A stretch of DNA of 64,000 nt from Clostridiaceae bacterium. Lineage in GTDB: Bacteria; Bacillota; Clostridia; Oscillospirales; Acutalibacteraceae. The stretch's first letter is position 1, and each line of letters starts with the position of its first letter. A program made the translations under genes and the position numbers. This document shows, one piece after another, positions 45,974-56,655 of this stretch. The notes under the pieces were generated by a model that saw nothing but the letters and a program-made list of their open reading frames with translations, had not been told where the DNA came from and did not search any database. The stretch lies in contig JAEDEQ010000002.1 in NCBI GenBank assembly GCA_016293225.1, positions 766 to 64,765 on the forward strand, in the 5' to 3' direction.

Positions 45974-47758
45974 ATGTTCAGACATATGAGTGAAAAAAAC
46001 ACCTCAGCCGTTAAGACGGCAATACCTGCAAGCAGAACAAAAAAGAATCAAAAGTTTTACTATAAAAAGAAAAAGACGCAGAAAAAAAAGACCGAAACGG
46101 CAAAGCCTATCAAAATCTCTTTCCTCGGCGGCATCAACGAAGTCGGCAAAAATATGACCGTTTTTGAATATGACGGCGATATGCTTATCGTTGACTGCGG
46201 TCTTGCTTTTCCCGATGAGAATATGCTCGGAATTGACCTTGTTATTCCGGATTTCACCTATATTACCTCCAATGCCGATAAAGTAAAAGGCATTGTTATA
46301 ACTCACGGACATGAGGATCATATCGGCGCTCTTGCGTATCTTCTTAAAAACTGCAATGTTCCGGTCTACAGCACAAGGCTCACCAACGGCCTCATTGAAG
46401 GCAAGCTGCGTGAACACGGACTGCTTGAAAAAGCAAAGCTCAATGTTGCCGCTCCGGGGGACTGCATAAGCCTCGGAAAATTCGATGTTGAGTTTATCCA
46501 TGTTAACCATTCAATTCCCGACGCTGTCGGCTTTGCAATCAAGTGCGCCGGCGGAACTGTTGTTCACACCGGAGATTTTAAAATTGACAGCACGCCCGTT
46601 GACGGCGGCATGATTGACCTTGCACGCTTCGGTCAGCTTGGAAACGAGGGTGTGCTTTGTATGCTCTCTGACTCAACAAACGCCGAACGCCCGGGCTTTA
46701 CCCAAAGTGAACACAAGGTTGGAGAGTCGTTTGAAATGCTTTTCAGAAAAGCCGGAGACAGACGGATAATCGTTGCCACCTTTGCCTCGAATATCCACCG
46801 TGTTCAGCAAATAATCGACGTTGCGGAAAGTCTCGGCAGAAAGGTTGCACTTTCCGGCCGCAGCCTTGAGAATGTTGTTGCAGTAAGCCGCGAGCTCGGC
46901 TACCTTCGTGTGCCGGACGGTGTGCTTATTGACCTTGACCTTATCAATAAGTACAGCGCAAACGAGCTTGTGCTTATAACAACGGGCAGTCAGGGCGAGC
47001 CGATGTCCGCGCTGACAAGAATGGCTTTTTCCGACCACAGGAAGGTTGCCATAGGTCCGAACGATTACGTCATCATTTCCGCAACCCCCATTCCCGGCAA
47101 CGAAAAGACCGTCAGCCGTGTTATAAACGAGCTGATGAAGCTCGGCGCGGAAGTTGTTTACGAAAAGATGTATGACGTTCACGTTTCCGGCCATGCCTGC
47201 AGCGAGGAACTCAAGCTCATGCTCGGAATTGTTAAACCGAAGTTCTTTATTCCCGTTCACGGCGAGCAGAAGCACCTGCAAAAGCACGCAAATCTTGCGG
47301 TTTCAATGGGCATGGACAGGAAGAACATTGTCATTGTTGAAAACGGCGCAAGCTTTGAAATATCGAATAACGGCATTAAAAAAGTTGCCAATGTCCCTGC
47401 CGGTCAGGTCTTTGTTGACGGACTCGGCGTCGGCGATGTCGGAAGCATCGTTATCCGCGACAGAAAGCATCTTGCCGAGGACGGCATAATAATTGTTGTT
47501 GCCGCAATCGACAGCGTAAGCCATATGCTCATTTCCGGTCCGGACATTGTTTCAAGAGGCTTTGTTTTTGTTCGTGAAGCGGAGGAACTGATGGAGGAGG
47601 CGCGCACAACCGCGTTCAACACCATCAACCGCTGCTTTGACCGCAACATTCGTGAATGGGGAACCATCAAAAGCAGGATACGCGACGATGTTTCCAAACT
47701 TATGTATGAGCGCACAAAGCGCAGTCCCATGATTTTGCCCATTCTTATGGAGATCTGA
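45974..47758 (+). CDS. rnj: ribonuclease J
   Basis: Metallo-beta-lactamase HGHEDHIG, beta-CASP and a C-terminal domain. It carries a Lys-rich N-terminal extension of about 45 aa. An alternative ATG is at 45986. Confidence 0.93.
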   Translation: MFRHMSEKNTSAVKTAIPASRTKKNQKFYYKKKKTQKKKTETAKPIKISFLGGINEVGKNMTVFEYDGDMLIVDCGLAFPDENMLGIDLVIPDFTYITSNADKVKGIVITHGHEDHIGALAYLLKNCNVPVYSTRLTNGLIEGKLREHGLLEKAKLNVAAPGDCISLGKFDVEFIHVNHSIPDAVGFAIKCAGGTVVHTGDFKIDSTPVDGGMIDLARFGQLGNEGVLCMLSDSTNAERPGFTQSEHKVGESFEMLFRKAGDRRIIVATFASNIHRVQQIIDVAESLGRKVALSGRSLENVVAVSRELGYLRVPDGVLIDLDLINKYSANELVLITTGSQGEPMSALTRMAFSDHRKVAIGPNDYVIISATPIPGNEKTVSRVINELMKLGAEVVYEKMYDVHVSGHACSEELKLMLGIVKPKFFIPVHGEQKHLQKHANLAVSMGMDRKNIVIVENGASFEISNNGIKKVANVPAGQVFVDGLGVGDVGSIVIRDRKHLAEDGIIIVVAAIDSVSHMLISGPDIVSRGFVFVREAEELMEEARTTAFNTINRCFDRNIREWGTIKSRIRDDVSKLMYERTKRSPMILPILMEI

Positions 47759-47760
47759 AA

Positions 47761-49737
47761 ATGAAAAAGCTATGGAGAAATTTTGACACTTCGATCGTTT
47801 CGTTCCCGGTGGCAAGCTTCTGCGTTATTGCAACATTCTTTCTTAACGTGCCGCTTGCTTTGATCGAATGCGCTCTTTTTGTCATTTTGTTCATTGTTAA
47901 ATGGCAGTACCAAAAGCGAGTGAAGCAAAAGCTGCTCTATCAGGTCAACGCGGTTGCCGACGAGCTTGATTTTGAACGCGGCGAAGCTTTTAAAAAGCTG
48001 AGTGTTGCCTGTGCCGTGATTGAAAAGGACGGTCTGATTGTCTGGATTAACGACAGCTTTAAAAACACATTTTCCATCACTGAAAAAACTCCTGTCTGCA
48101 ATATCAGAGCGGTTCTTAACCGCGAGGGCTCACTCGAACGTCTCATTGACGGCAGGGGCTTCAAAATTAAAGTAAATTCTCAGTATTTTGCCGTCTATTC
48201 AAGCGAAATGAAGGTTGACGACGAGGACTTATATCTTCTTTATTTCTTTGATGAAACCAAGCTTCGCATAACGGAAAAAGAGTATTATGACTCGCGTCCT
48301 TCGCTCATGCTCAGCGTTATTGATAACTCAAATGAAATATATCAGACATTTAAAGAGAGTGAAGCCGCCGCAATCTTCAGCCGCATTGAGCAGGAGATTG
48401 AAAACTGGGTAACCTCCTACGGCGGACTATGCAGGAAGTATTCCACAACAAGAATGCTGTTTTTTGTTGAAGAACGCTCGCTGCAAAAAATGATAGCAGA
48501 TAAATTTTCAATTCTTGAAACTGTCCGTCAGATGAGCTATGACGGAAAAAACTGCGGCGTAACACTTTCGATAGGCGTCGGAAAAGAGGCGTCGCTCAAT
48601 GCTTCAAACGAGTCTGCAAAGCAGGCGCTGGACATGGCGCAGAGCCGCGGCGGCGATCAGGTTGCAATCCGCCACGACGCGCAGTATAAATTCTTCGGCG
48701 GTGTTTCCGCGGGCGTTGAAAAACGCAACAAAGTTAAAACCAGACTGATTTCAAGGTCTATTGCCACGATTGTCAATGACAGCGACAATATACTCATCAT
48801 GGGACACCGATTTTCGGATTTTGACGCTTTCGGAGCGGCGGTCGGCATGTATGCCGTTGCCGACCATTTTTCAAAAAAAGCGAACATTGTTATCGACACG
48901 GAAACAACTCTTGCCCTGCCGTTAGTCAAAGCGTTCAGGGAGCATTTTCCGCCAGATGTGCTTGTCCGTCCGGAAAAAGCGCGTTCCATGCTCGGGGAAA
49001 ACACACTTCTTGTTGTTGTTGACACGCATAAAAAAGACTTCTGCGAGGCACCGGAGCTTGTTGACTCAGCAAAAAAAATCATGGTTATTGACCACCACAG
49101 AAAATCTGTCGGATTTATTGAAAACACCGTGATGTTCTATCATGTTCCCACAGCGTCCTCAGCGTGCGAGATGGTTTCCGAGCTGTGCGAATATGTTGAC
49201 ACGGCGCCGTTTATTGATAAATTTACGGCCGAAGCGCTCCTTGCCGGCATATCTCTCGACACAAGGAACTTCATTATCCGGACAGGCGTCAGGACTTTTG
49301 AGGCCGCCGCATATCTCAGAGCGAGGCTGGCAAGTCCGTTGGAGGTCAAAAAGCTCTTTGCAAACGATATGGATGTTTTCCATCTGCGCAACAGCATAAT
49401 TGACAATTCGCATATTTATGAGCGCGGCTTTGCAATCTCATTTGCCGACTTTAAAAGCAGGAATATCCGCCTTATTACTTCGCAGGCGGCTGATGAAATG
49501 CTCAATGTTGAGGGCGTAAGAGCTTCTTTTGTGCTTTTTGAAACACCGGGCATAATCAATATCTCCGCAAGGTCTTACGGAGAGGTTAATGTTCAGCTTA
49601 TCATGGAAACGCTCGGCGGCGGCGGTCACCAGACTATGGCGGCTTGCCAGCTTCCGAAGCTTTCAATCGAACAGGCAACCGTGAAGCTGAAAAATGCTAT
49701 TGATAAATATATTACTGATACAACGGAGGTTAAATAA
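47761..49737 (+). CDS. gdpP: GdpP-like DHH/DHHA1 phosphodiesterase (c-di-AMP phosphodiesterase family)
   Basis: Two N-terminal TM helices, a PAS-like and degenerate GGDEF region, DHH motifs ([19 protein letters not shown]) and GGGH. It lies upstream of rplI-dnaB, as yybT does in B. subtilis. Confidence 0.88.
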   Translation: MKKLWRNFDTSIVSFPVASFCVIATFFLNVPLALIECALFVILFIVKWQYQKRVKQKLLYQVNAVADELDFERGEAFKKLSVACAVIEKDGLIVWINDSFKNTFSITEKTPVCNIRAVLNREGSLERLIDGRGFKIKVNSQYFAVYSSEMKVDDEDLYLLYFFDETKLRITEKEYYDSRPSLMLSVIDNSNEIYQTFKESEAAAIFSRIEQEIENWVTSYGGLCRKYSTTRMLFFVEERSLQKMIADKFSILETVRQMSYDGKNCGVTLSIGVGKEASLNASNESAKQALDMAQSRGGDQVAIRHDAQYKFFGGVSAGVEKRNKVKTRLISRSIATIVNDSDNILIMGHRFSDFDAFGAAVGMYAVADHFSKKANIVIDTETTLALPLVKAFREHFPPDVLVRPEKARSMLGENTLLVVVDTHKKDFCEAPELVDSAKKIMVIDHHRKSVGFIENTVMFYHVPTASSACEMVSELCEYVDTAPFIDKFTAEALLAGISLDTRNFIIRTGVRTFEAAAYLRARLASPLEVKKLFANDMDVFHLRNSIIDNSHIYERGFAISFADFKSRNIRLITSQAADEMLNVEGVRASFVLFETPGIINISARSYGEVNVQLIMETLGGGGHQTMAACQLPKLSIEQATVKLKNAIDKYITDTTEVK

Positions 49738-50177
49738 TGAAAGTAATTTTAAAGCAGGACGTTAAAGGACTCGGAAAAAAGGGCGAACTTGTCAACGCGT
49801 CTGACGGTTATGCGAGGAATTTCCTTTTTCCGAAAGGACTTGCTGCCGAAGCAAACGCTCAGGCAATGTCTGAGTTTAAGAATAAGCAGCAGGCCGAAAA
49901 ATACAGAATAGAAACCGAGACGGCGGCCGCAAAGGCTGCTGCCGAAAGAATTTCCGGAAAGACCGTTCACATCACGGCAAAAGCCGGTCAGAACGGAAAG
50001 CTTTTCGGCTCTGTTACATCAAAGGAAATTGCCGAAAAGATCAGAGCCGAATTCGGCATTGAAACCGATAAGAGAAAAATTATTGTTGACGACATCAAGC
50101 AGTTCGGAACCTATGAGTTTGAAATCAAGCTCTATCAGGGTATTTCCGCAAAACTCTATGTAATGGTTGGTGAATAA
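49737..50177 (+). CDS. rplI: 50S ribosomal protein L9
   Basis: [36 protein letters not shown] matches L9. Confidence 0.96.
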   Translation: MKVILKQDVKGLGKKGELVNASDGYARNFLFPKGLAAEANAQAMSEFKNKQQAEKYRIETETAAAKAAAERISGKTVHITAKAGQNGKLFGSVTSKEIAEKIRAEFGIETDKRKIIVDDIKQFGTYEFEIKLYQGISAKLYVMVGE

Positions 50178-50179
50178 GC

Positions 50180-51568
50180 ATGCCTTCCCCCGGAAACATT
50201 ATCAGTCTTGATGACGTCAATATCCCTTTCAGTCTTGAAGCGGAGCAGGCGGTGCTCGGCAGCATTCTCAGCGAACCGGAGTGTCTTTCGCAGGTCATGG
50301 TCATTGTCAAGCCGGAATACTTCTATATGCCGGCGCACAGGTCAATCTTCATCATTATGCAGGAGATTGACGCCTCGGGCGGAAAAATCGACCCTCTGAT
50401 AGTTCTTGAAAAGCTCAAGGCAGACAAGGTGTTTGATGACGCAAGCGGAAAGAACTATCTCTATCAGCTTGCCCAGTCCGTTCCCTCAACCGAAAACGTT
50501 GAAAGCTACTGCAAAATTATCAAAGAGAAGTTTTACATACGCTCACTCATCAACGTTTCCAAGGAAATTATTGAGGAGGCTTCCTCAACCGAAAACTCCG
50601 CAGACTTGCTTCTTGACTCTGCCGAACAGAAGATTTACGATATCCGTCAGGGCAAAATCACAAGAGGGCCGACAAAGATAGGCGATATAATCGTTAACGA
50701 GGTTTACACAAAGCTTCAGCAGCTCAGCTCTGCGGACAGGGATAAGTATAAAGGCTACACAACGGGCTTTTCCGATCTTGACAAGGCGATAACCGGTCTT
50801 AACCGTTCGGATCTTATCATCATCGGCGCACGCCCTGCAATGGGTAAAACAAGCCTTGCGCTGAACATTGCGCGCAATACCGCCATGGTCGGAAAAAAGA
50901 AGGTTCTGTTCTTTTCCCTCGAGATGACAAAGGAGCAGCTTGCGCAGCGCGTGCTTGCAACCGAAGCAAGAGTTGAAAGCACAAAGATGAGAACCGGCAA
51001 CATTAACGGAGAGGAGTGGGGCAGACTTGCCACTGCCGCCGCAATGCTCAGCAACTGTGAGCTTTATTTTGACGATACCTCCAACATGACCGTTCCGGAA
51101 ATGAAATCACGAATCCGACGTCTGCGAGACGTTGACGCCGTTTTTGTGGACTATCTTCAGCTTATGAAAAGCGGAACAAGGGTTGAAAGCCGCGTTCAGG
51201 AGGTCTCCGAAATAACCCGTAACCTCAAGCTGATGGCAAAGGATCTGAATATTCCCGTTGTTGTTCTCGCTCAGCTTGCAAGAGCAACCGAGGCGAGGGG
51301 AAAATCTCACCGTCCTCAGCTTTCAGACCTTCGTGAATCGGGTTCCATTGAGCAGGACGCCGACATTGTTATAATGCTTTATCGTGATGAATATTACTCC
51401 GATAATAACGACTCTGACACTTCCTCGCAGGAGGAGGTCAAGGCGGTCAACGAGGCCGAATTTATAATTTCCAAAAACAGGCACGGCCCGACCAATACGG
51501 TAAAAGTTGCATGGAACGGGGATTACACACTGTTTACAAATCTGGAGACTCTCAGAAATGATATGTAA
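50180..51568 (+). CDS. dnaB: replicative DNA helicase
   Basis: PFSLEAEQAVLGSIL N-terminus, Walker A GARPAMGKTS, and SLEM. Confidence 0.95.
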   Translation: MPSPGNIISLDDVNIPFSLEAEQAVLGSILSEPECLSQVMVIVKPEYFYMPAHRSIFIIMQEIDASGGKIDPLIVLEKLKADKVFDDASGKNYLYQLAQSVPSTENVESYCKIIKEKFYIRSLINVSKEIIEEASSTENSADLLLDSAEQKIYDIRQGKITRGPTKIGDIIVNEVYTKLQQLSSADRDKYKGYTTGFSDLDKAITGLNRSDLIIIGARPAMGKTSLALNIARNTAMVGKKKVLFFSLEMTKEQLAQRVLATEARVESTKMRTGNINGEEWGRLATAAAMLSNCELYFDDTSNMTVPEMKSRIRRLRDVDAVFVDYLQLMKSGTRVESRVQEVSEITRNLKLMAKDLNIPVVVLAQLARATEARGKSHRPQLSDLRESGSIEQDADIVIMLYRDEYYSDNNDSDTSSQEEVKAVNEAEFIISKNRHGPTNTVKVAWNGDYTLFTNLETLRNDM

Positions 51569-52877
51569 GGTCCGAAAAACAATAGAGCGCTTTGCAATGC
51601 TTGAAAACGCAAAAAGCGTTGCCGTCGGTCTTTCCGGCGGTGCGGATTCCGTCTGCCTTTTTGATATACTTTTGAAGCTCAGAAGTGAATTCGGCTATAA
51701 GCTTGTCTGCGTTCATGTCAATCATAATCTCAGAGGCGATGAGTCCTTAAGGGATCAGCGCTTTGTTCAGGATCTTTGCGCAAAAAACGGTGTTGAGCTT
51801 AAAATTGTTTCAGCCGATATTGCAAAGCTTGCAAAAGAGCGGCATATAGGAATTGAGGAGTGCGGAAGGGCAGTCCGCTATGAGGCGTTTGAAAGCGCCG
51901 GCTGCGACAGGATTGCAGTGGCTCACAGCCTTTCCGACTGCATTGAAACCTCGCTTTTCAATCTTGCGCGCGGCAGCTCGCTTACAGGCGTTTGCCGTAT
52001 ACCGCCCGTGCGGGGCAAAATTATCCGGCCGCTCATTGACTGCACAGCTCAGGAGATACGGGATTACTGCAGGGAAAATTTGCTCCCCTTTGTTGTTGAC
52101 AGCACCAATCTTGAAGATGATTATACAAGAAACTTCATACGCCTGAATATTATTCCGAAGTTTAAACAGATAAACTCAGATTTTGAAAAAAGCTTCTGCC
52201 GTTTTTATGAAACAGCGGCGCGCGATGAAGCATATCTTGAAAAGCTTGCGCATAAAGCGCTTGAATCGGCAAAACGCAGCGACGGCTATCTGCGCTTTGT
52301 TCTGCTCTCGCAGGACGACGCGGTGCTTTACAGATGTCTGCGGCTGATTCTTGAAAGCAAGATGAAAAAGCAGGTTGAAAAAAAGCACGTTGACCTTGCT
52401 GTCGATACGGTTAAAAATACAGGCACGCTTCAGCTTGGAAAAGACTTGTATATTTGCGCCGGGTGTGATATAATACTGTTTCATTCAGCACAAAGCAGGG
52501 AGGAAGCGTGGCGCGCTTATGAAACGGACGGCAGGTTTGTTTCGCCTTTTAAAACATATGAACTGACTGTTATTCCGTTTGATAAATCCCGTTTGACGGG
52601 TGAAAATAATATTTGTGACGCCGCGTGTCTTTCGGACAGAACGGTCATGCGAAGCAGAATGCCGGGTGACAGGATAACGCTGTTTCCCCGCAATGTTACA
52701 AAATCGCTGAAAAAGCTTTATAATGAAGCGAAGATTCCGCAAAAGGAGCGCGGCAGACTTGCTGTTCTTGAATCCGGCGGAAAGCTTATCTGGGCTGAAA
52801 ATTTCGGTGTGAATGCGCCGTACAGGGTCAGCCGGGACACAAAAATGATAGCAATAATAAAGATCAAGGAAGGGTAA
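51558..52877 (+). CDS. tilS: tRNA(Ile)-lysidine synthetase
   Basis: PP-loop VGLSGGADS. ATG 51558 overlaps the end of dnaB by 11 nt. Confidence 0.9.
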   Translation: MICKVRKTIERFAMLENAKSVAVGLSGGADSVCLFDILLKLRSEFGYKLVCVHVNHNLRGDESLRDQRFVQDLCAKNGVELKIVSADIAKLAKERHIGIEECGRAVRYEAFESAGCDRIAVAHSLSDCIETSLFNLARGSSLTGVCRIPPVRGKIIRPLIDCTAQEIRDYCRENLLPFVVDSTNLEDDYTRNFIRLNIIPKFKQINSDFEKSFCRFYETAARDEAYLEKLAHKALESAKRSDGYLRFVLLSQDDAVLYRCLRLILESKMKKQVEKKHVDLAVDTVKNTGTLQLGKDLYICAGCDIILFHSAQSREEAWRAYETDGRFVSPFKTYELTVIPFDKSRLTGENNICDAACLSDRTVMRSRMPGDRITLFPRNVTKSLKKLYNEAKIPQKERGRLAVLESGGKLIWAENFGVNAPYRVSRDTKMIAIIKIKEG

Positions 52878-52882
52878 ACGCT

Positions 52883-53467
52883 ATGCTTAACGACATTAAG
52901 GAAATTTATTTTTCCAAGGAACAGCTCAAGGAGATTACCGACAGAATCGGCGCGCAGATAAGCCGCGATTTTGAGGGCAAGGATCTTATCCTTATCAGCG
53001 TTCTCAAGGGCTCGGTTATTTTTATGGCTGATCTTATGAGAAGCATTACAATTCCGTGCAGGATTGACTTCATTACCGCCCAAAGCTACGGACAGAGCAT
53101 GACTTCAAGCGGAAATGTCAGCATAACAAAGGATATTTCGGACAACATTGAGGGCTGCGACATTCTTCTTGTTGAGGATATCTTTGACAGCGGAAACACT
53201 TTGCAGCGGCTTTCCGACTATCTTGCCACCAAAAACCCCTCAAGCATTACCCTCTGTACTCTTCTTGATAAGCCGAAAAGGCGCGACCCGAACGTTAAGT
53301 TAGTACCGAAATATATCGGCGCGGAGGTTGAAGATCAGTTTGTTGTCGGTTACGGCCTTGATTATAATCAAAAGTACCGCAATCTGCCCTTCATCGGAAT
53401 CCTTAAGCCTGAAATTTATAATGCTAAGCAGCATCTCTTTAATCAAGAGACAAAGGAGCGTGTTTAA
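52883..53467 (+). CDS. hpt: hypoxanthine phosphoribosyltransferase
   Basis: PRPP loop [13 protein letters not shown] and the FVVGYGLDY tail. Confidence 0.94.
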   Translation: MLNDIKEIYFSKEQLKEITDRIGAQISRDFEGKDLILISVLKGSVIFMADLMRSITIPCRIDFITAQSYGQSMTSSGNVSITKDISDNIEGCDILLVEDIFDSGNTLQRLSDYLATKNPSSITLCTLLDKPKRRDPNVKLVPKYIGAEVEDQFVVGYGLDYNQKYRNLPFIGILKPEIYNAKQHLFNQETKERV

Positions 53468-55368
53468 TGAACACCGGAAACAGGAAATGGGGCAATCTGC
53501 TGTATTTATTGCTCCCGATATCTATGATAATCTTCATTGCAATCTTTCTGAATTCTCAGAATACGACCAAAATGAAGTATTACGAAGTTGTTGACCTTTT
53601 TAACAGCCACAAGGTCACTGAATATTCAGTCAATCTCAGCAGCGGCGCTTTGACATATAAAGTTGCAGGCGACGATACGGAAAAGAAATATACCTTGCCC
53701 AGTGTGGAGCTTTTTGTAAAGGATATCCATGAGGGCGTAATGGAGTATAACGCAAATAATCCCGATAAAGCCATTAAGTATGACTATAAAGCCGGTTCAA
53801 ATTCGTCGTGGTGGGCAAGTATGCTGCCGATGCTTCTGACAGGTGTTCTCCTTGCCGGCGTTATGATTTATTTTTATAAGAAAATGGGTCAGACGATCGT
53901 CAGCGAGAACAACCGCACGCTCAGCTTCGGCAAGGCGCGCGTCACGCTCGGAAAGGACGCAAAGGTTAAAACAACCTTTGAAGATGTTGCCGGCGCAGAC
54001 GAGGAAAAGGAGGAACTCAGCGAGATTGTTGAATTCCTCAGAAATCCCGCGCGCTTCAATGAGCTTGGAGCAAGGATACCGAAAGGCGTTCTGCTTGTGG
54101 GCCCTCCGGGAACGGGTAAAACGCTCCTTGCAAGAGCCGTTGCCGGTGAAGCAGGCGTTCCCTTCTTTTCAATTTCCGGTTCGGATTTTGTTGAAATGTA
54201 TGTAGGCGTCGGTGCGTCACGCGTCCGCGACCTTTTTGCTCAGGCAAAGAAGAATTCGCCCGCAATCCTTTTCATAGATGAAATTGACGCAGTCGGCCGT
54301 CACCGCGGCGCAGGCATGGGCGGCGGTCATGATGAGCGCGAACAGACGCTTAACCAGCTGCTTGTTGAAATGGACGGTTTCGGCGCCAACGAGGGCGTGA
54401 TTATCATCGCCGCAACAAACCGTCCGGATATACTTGATCCGGCGCTTCTCAGACCGGGACGTTTTGACCGCCAGATTACCGTCGGCTATCCCGATGTCAA
54501 GGGAAGAGAGGCCATTCTTAAAGTTCACTCAAGAACAAAGCCCCTTGCGCCCGATGTCAGACTTGAGGTTATTGCCCAATCAACAGTCGGTTTCACAGGT
54601 GCGGATCTTGAAAATCTTCTCAATGAAGCGGCTCTTCTTGCCGCAAGGAGAAAGAAAAAGGCCATCACAATGGCTGAAATTGAAGAGGCCACCATCAAGG
54701 TTGTTGTCGGCACCGAGAAAAAGTCGCGCAAAATCAGCGAGAAAGAAAAAAGGCTCACCGCGTATCATGAGTCCGGTCACGCGATTGCTACCTATAATCT
54801 TCCGAATCAGGATCCCGTTCATCAGGTTTCAATCATTCCGCGCGGCATGGCAGGCGGCTTTACAATGTCGCTTCCCAAAGAGGAACGCTCGTATAAGGCG
54901 CGCGGAGATATGCTTGACGATATCGTTGTTCTGCTCGGTGGCCGTGTTGCCGAAGCACTTATTCTCGGCGATATTTCAACAGGCGCTTCAAACGATATTG
55001 AGCGTGCGACCGAACTTGCAAGAGATATGGTAACACGCTACGGAATGAGTGACCTTGTCGGCCCCGTTTCATACAGCTCCGGAAATCATGAGATTTTCCT
55101 CGGCAGGGATTACAACAATACGCGCAATTATTCCGAGACCGTTGCCTCCGAGATCGACTCGGAAATCAACCGCATTGTCAAGGAATCGTATTCAAGGTGC
55201 GAAGCAATCCTCAAAGCTCATACCGATAAGCTCCATGAGCTTGCAAAGTACCTCATGAAGCACGAGAAGATTGACGCTGAAGACTTTGAAAAGCTTATGA
55301 AAGGTACTCTTGAAGAGGAAAGCGGCGCTGTTTCAGAGCCTGCTTTGCCGCAGGAGCCTCAGCAGTAA
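53467..55368 (+). CDS. ftsH: ATP-dependent zinc metalloprotease FtsH
   Basis: [13 protein letters not shown], the SRH region and HESGHA. Confidence 0.97.
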   Translation: MNTGNRKWGNLLYLLLPISMIIFIAIFLNSQNTTKMKYYEVVDLFNSHKVTEYSVNLSSGALTYKVAGDDTEKKYTLPSVELFVKDIHEGVMEYNANNPDKAIKYDYKAGSNSSWWASMLPMLLTGVLLAGVMIYFYKKMGQTIVSENNRTLSFGKARVTLGKDAKVKTTFEDVAGADEEKEELSEIVEFLRNPARFNELGARIPKGVLLVGPPGTGKTLLARAVAGEAGVPFFSISGSDFVEMYVGVGASRVRDLFAQAKKNSPAILFIDEIDAVGRHRGAGMGGGHDEREQTLNQLLVEMDGFGANEGVIIIAATNRPDILDPALLRPGRFDRQITVGYPDVKGREAILKVHSRTKPLAPDVRLEVIAQSTVGFTGADLENLLNEAALLAARRKKKAITMAEIEEATIKVVVGTEKKSRKISEKEKRLTAYHESGHAIATYNLPNQDPVHQVSIIPRGMAGGFTMSLPKEERSYKARGDMLDDIVVLLGGRVAEALILGDISTGASNDIERATELARDMVTRYGMSDLVGPVSYSSGNHEIFLGRDYNNTRNYSETVASEIDSEINRIVKESYSRCEAILKAHTDKLHELAKYLMKHEKIDAEDFEKLMKGTLEEESGAVSEPALPQEPQQ

Positions 55369-55374
55369 CAGTAT

Positions 55375-55407
55375 AAAACCGTTTTGCTTTTGCAGGACGG
55401 TTTTTTT
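55375..55407 (+). terminator. probable intrinsic terminator after ftsH
   Basis: AAAACCGT...ACGGTTTT with an inner TGC/GCA helix, followed by TTTTTTT. The stem is rather weak. Confidence 0.5.
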
Positions 55408-55418
55408 CCTGTTTTTTC

Positions 55419-55447
55419 TTGCCCTTGCGTGTATTTTGTGTTATAAT
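55419..55447 (+). promoter_or_regulatory. candidate sigma-A promoter with an extended -10
   Basis: TTGCCC at 55419-55424, a 17-nt spacer, and TGtTATAAT ending at 55447. Confidence 0.55.
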
Positions 55448-55503
55448 AACCATATGTTCAAATTTGTTATGACAGCGTCCCAATATGCTGCTGTGTAATT
55501 TAA

Positions 55504-55670
55504 GATGGTTTAGAGCGGAGGAATAGCGTGAAAAATCACGCTATTCACAAAATTATATGTCCCTCAAAATTTGTGCAAAGCACAAATTTTGAGATGGACT
55601 AAATTACCATCACGCCTTGTCCGGCTACAACAGGGGTTAACGTGATTTTTAATAAACTATTTGTAGCCGG
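55504..55670 (+). promoter_or_regulatory. candidate structured 5' leader / cis-regulatory RNA (three hairpins plus an enclosing helix)
   Basis: Hairpin 1 is a perfect 11-bp stem at 55521-55546. Hairpin 2 is a perfect 14-bp stem at 55563-55593. Hairpin 3 is a 10-bp stem (55621-55630 with 55661-55670) spanning the start region of the downstream gene. Positions 55504-55513 can pair with 55599-55611. Confidence 0.4.
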
Positions 55671-56544
55671 AAAGGCTATGGTAATTTTTATGATAGAATA
55701 CATCAAAATTGCGGTCATTTCACTCATCAGCGGATTTCTTGCTCCGCTCCCGTTTTCTTATGCTGCGTCATATTCCTTTCTCAGCTATATTCTTGACTTC
55801 AATAAAAATTCGCAGTTATCGGTATTCTATTACTCAATAATCTCCGTTGTGTTCTCTCTTGTGATTTTTATTTCGCTGCGCAAAATCTATTTTAAGGGCT
55901 TCAAGGCTTTGTTCAGCACAAAAAAGTCAACCATGCCGAACAGGAGCGGATACCGTAAGTTCATGCTTAATCTCCTCATCTCGCTCATTCCGGCCGCGGT
56001 CATGTTCGTGCCGTACAAAAAGGATAAGTTCCTGCTTGATTATTTCAGCGAGCAGATCAGCGCCGATCATCTTCTTGTTACCGCGGTTTGCTGCGCGGTC
56101 AGCGGTCTTTTTCTTCTGATCGGAAGCTGGTATGTCAAGCAGAAATATGCGCAGACAAAGAGATCGTCAGATTGGAAATCTATCGTCAGGTTCAGTGTTT
56201 ATCAGACTGCGTCATACTTTTTTCCCGGAATTTCAAGCGTTTCAATGGGCGCAACAAGCTTTCTGATTTCCGACATTGATAACAGAGTGATAGTCCGCGA
56301 GATCCTGACTTACATAGCTCCGTCAATACTTATTACCAATGTTTTCAGACTTGTCCGTTCGGCTCTGACCGGAATTGTGCTGAATCCTGTTGTAATTCTT
56401 CTGTGCGTTGCTTTTTCGGCTGTCGGAAGCGCAGTGATGATTCACCTTATTGCAAAAATCGACTTCAGGAAAACCTGTGTGTATTTCAGCGTTTTCTCAA
56501 TTCTTTTTGCGGCTGTCAGCGTTGCCGTGCTTTTTGTCCTTTGA
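55642..56544 (+). CDS. polytopic membrane protein, divergent UppP/BacA (undecaprenyl-diphosphatase)-like
   Basis: About 8 predicted TM helices. SGFLAPLPFSYAASYS loosely resembles the UppP EGLTEFLPxSSxGH motif, and FPGISSVSMGATSF resembles PGxSRSGxT. The start is ambiguous (GTG 55642, ATG 55678 or ATG 55690). Confidence 0.55.
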   Translation: MIFNKLFVAGKAMVIFMIEYIKIAVISLISGFLAPLPFSYAASYSFLSYILDFNKNSQLSVFYYSIISVVFSLVIFISLRKIYFKGFKALFSTKKSTMPNRSGYRKFMLNLLISLIPAAVMFVPYKKDKFLLDYFSEQISADHLLVTAVCCAVSGLFLLIGSWYVKQKYAQTKRSSDWKSIVRFSVYQTASYFFPGISSVSMGATSFLISDIDNRVIVREILTYIAPSILITNVFRLVRSALTGIVLNPVVILLCVAFSAVGSAVMIHLIAKIDFRKTCVYFSVFSILFAAVSVAVLFVL

Positions 56545-56655
56545 ATGATTAAACTTACGCCGCCGCAAAAGCAAAAACGGCGGCAGTGTTATCAATATGA
56601 CCGCTTATTATACTTCCGCTTTCAAGCGGTTACAACTTTTTTGTGAGGCGTATAA

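Noticed and set aside
55310-55498. A 62-aa + strand ORF bridging the end of ftsH and the intergenic region
   Set aside because: It runs out of frame across the ftsH 3' end, its terminator and the next promoter. Only its last 14 codons (from ATG 55454) could matter, as a possible leader peptide, and I note those under the leader finding.
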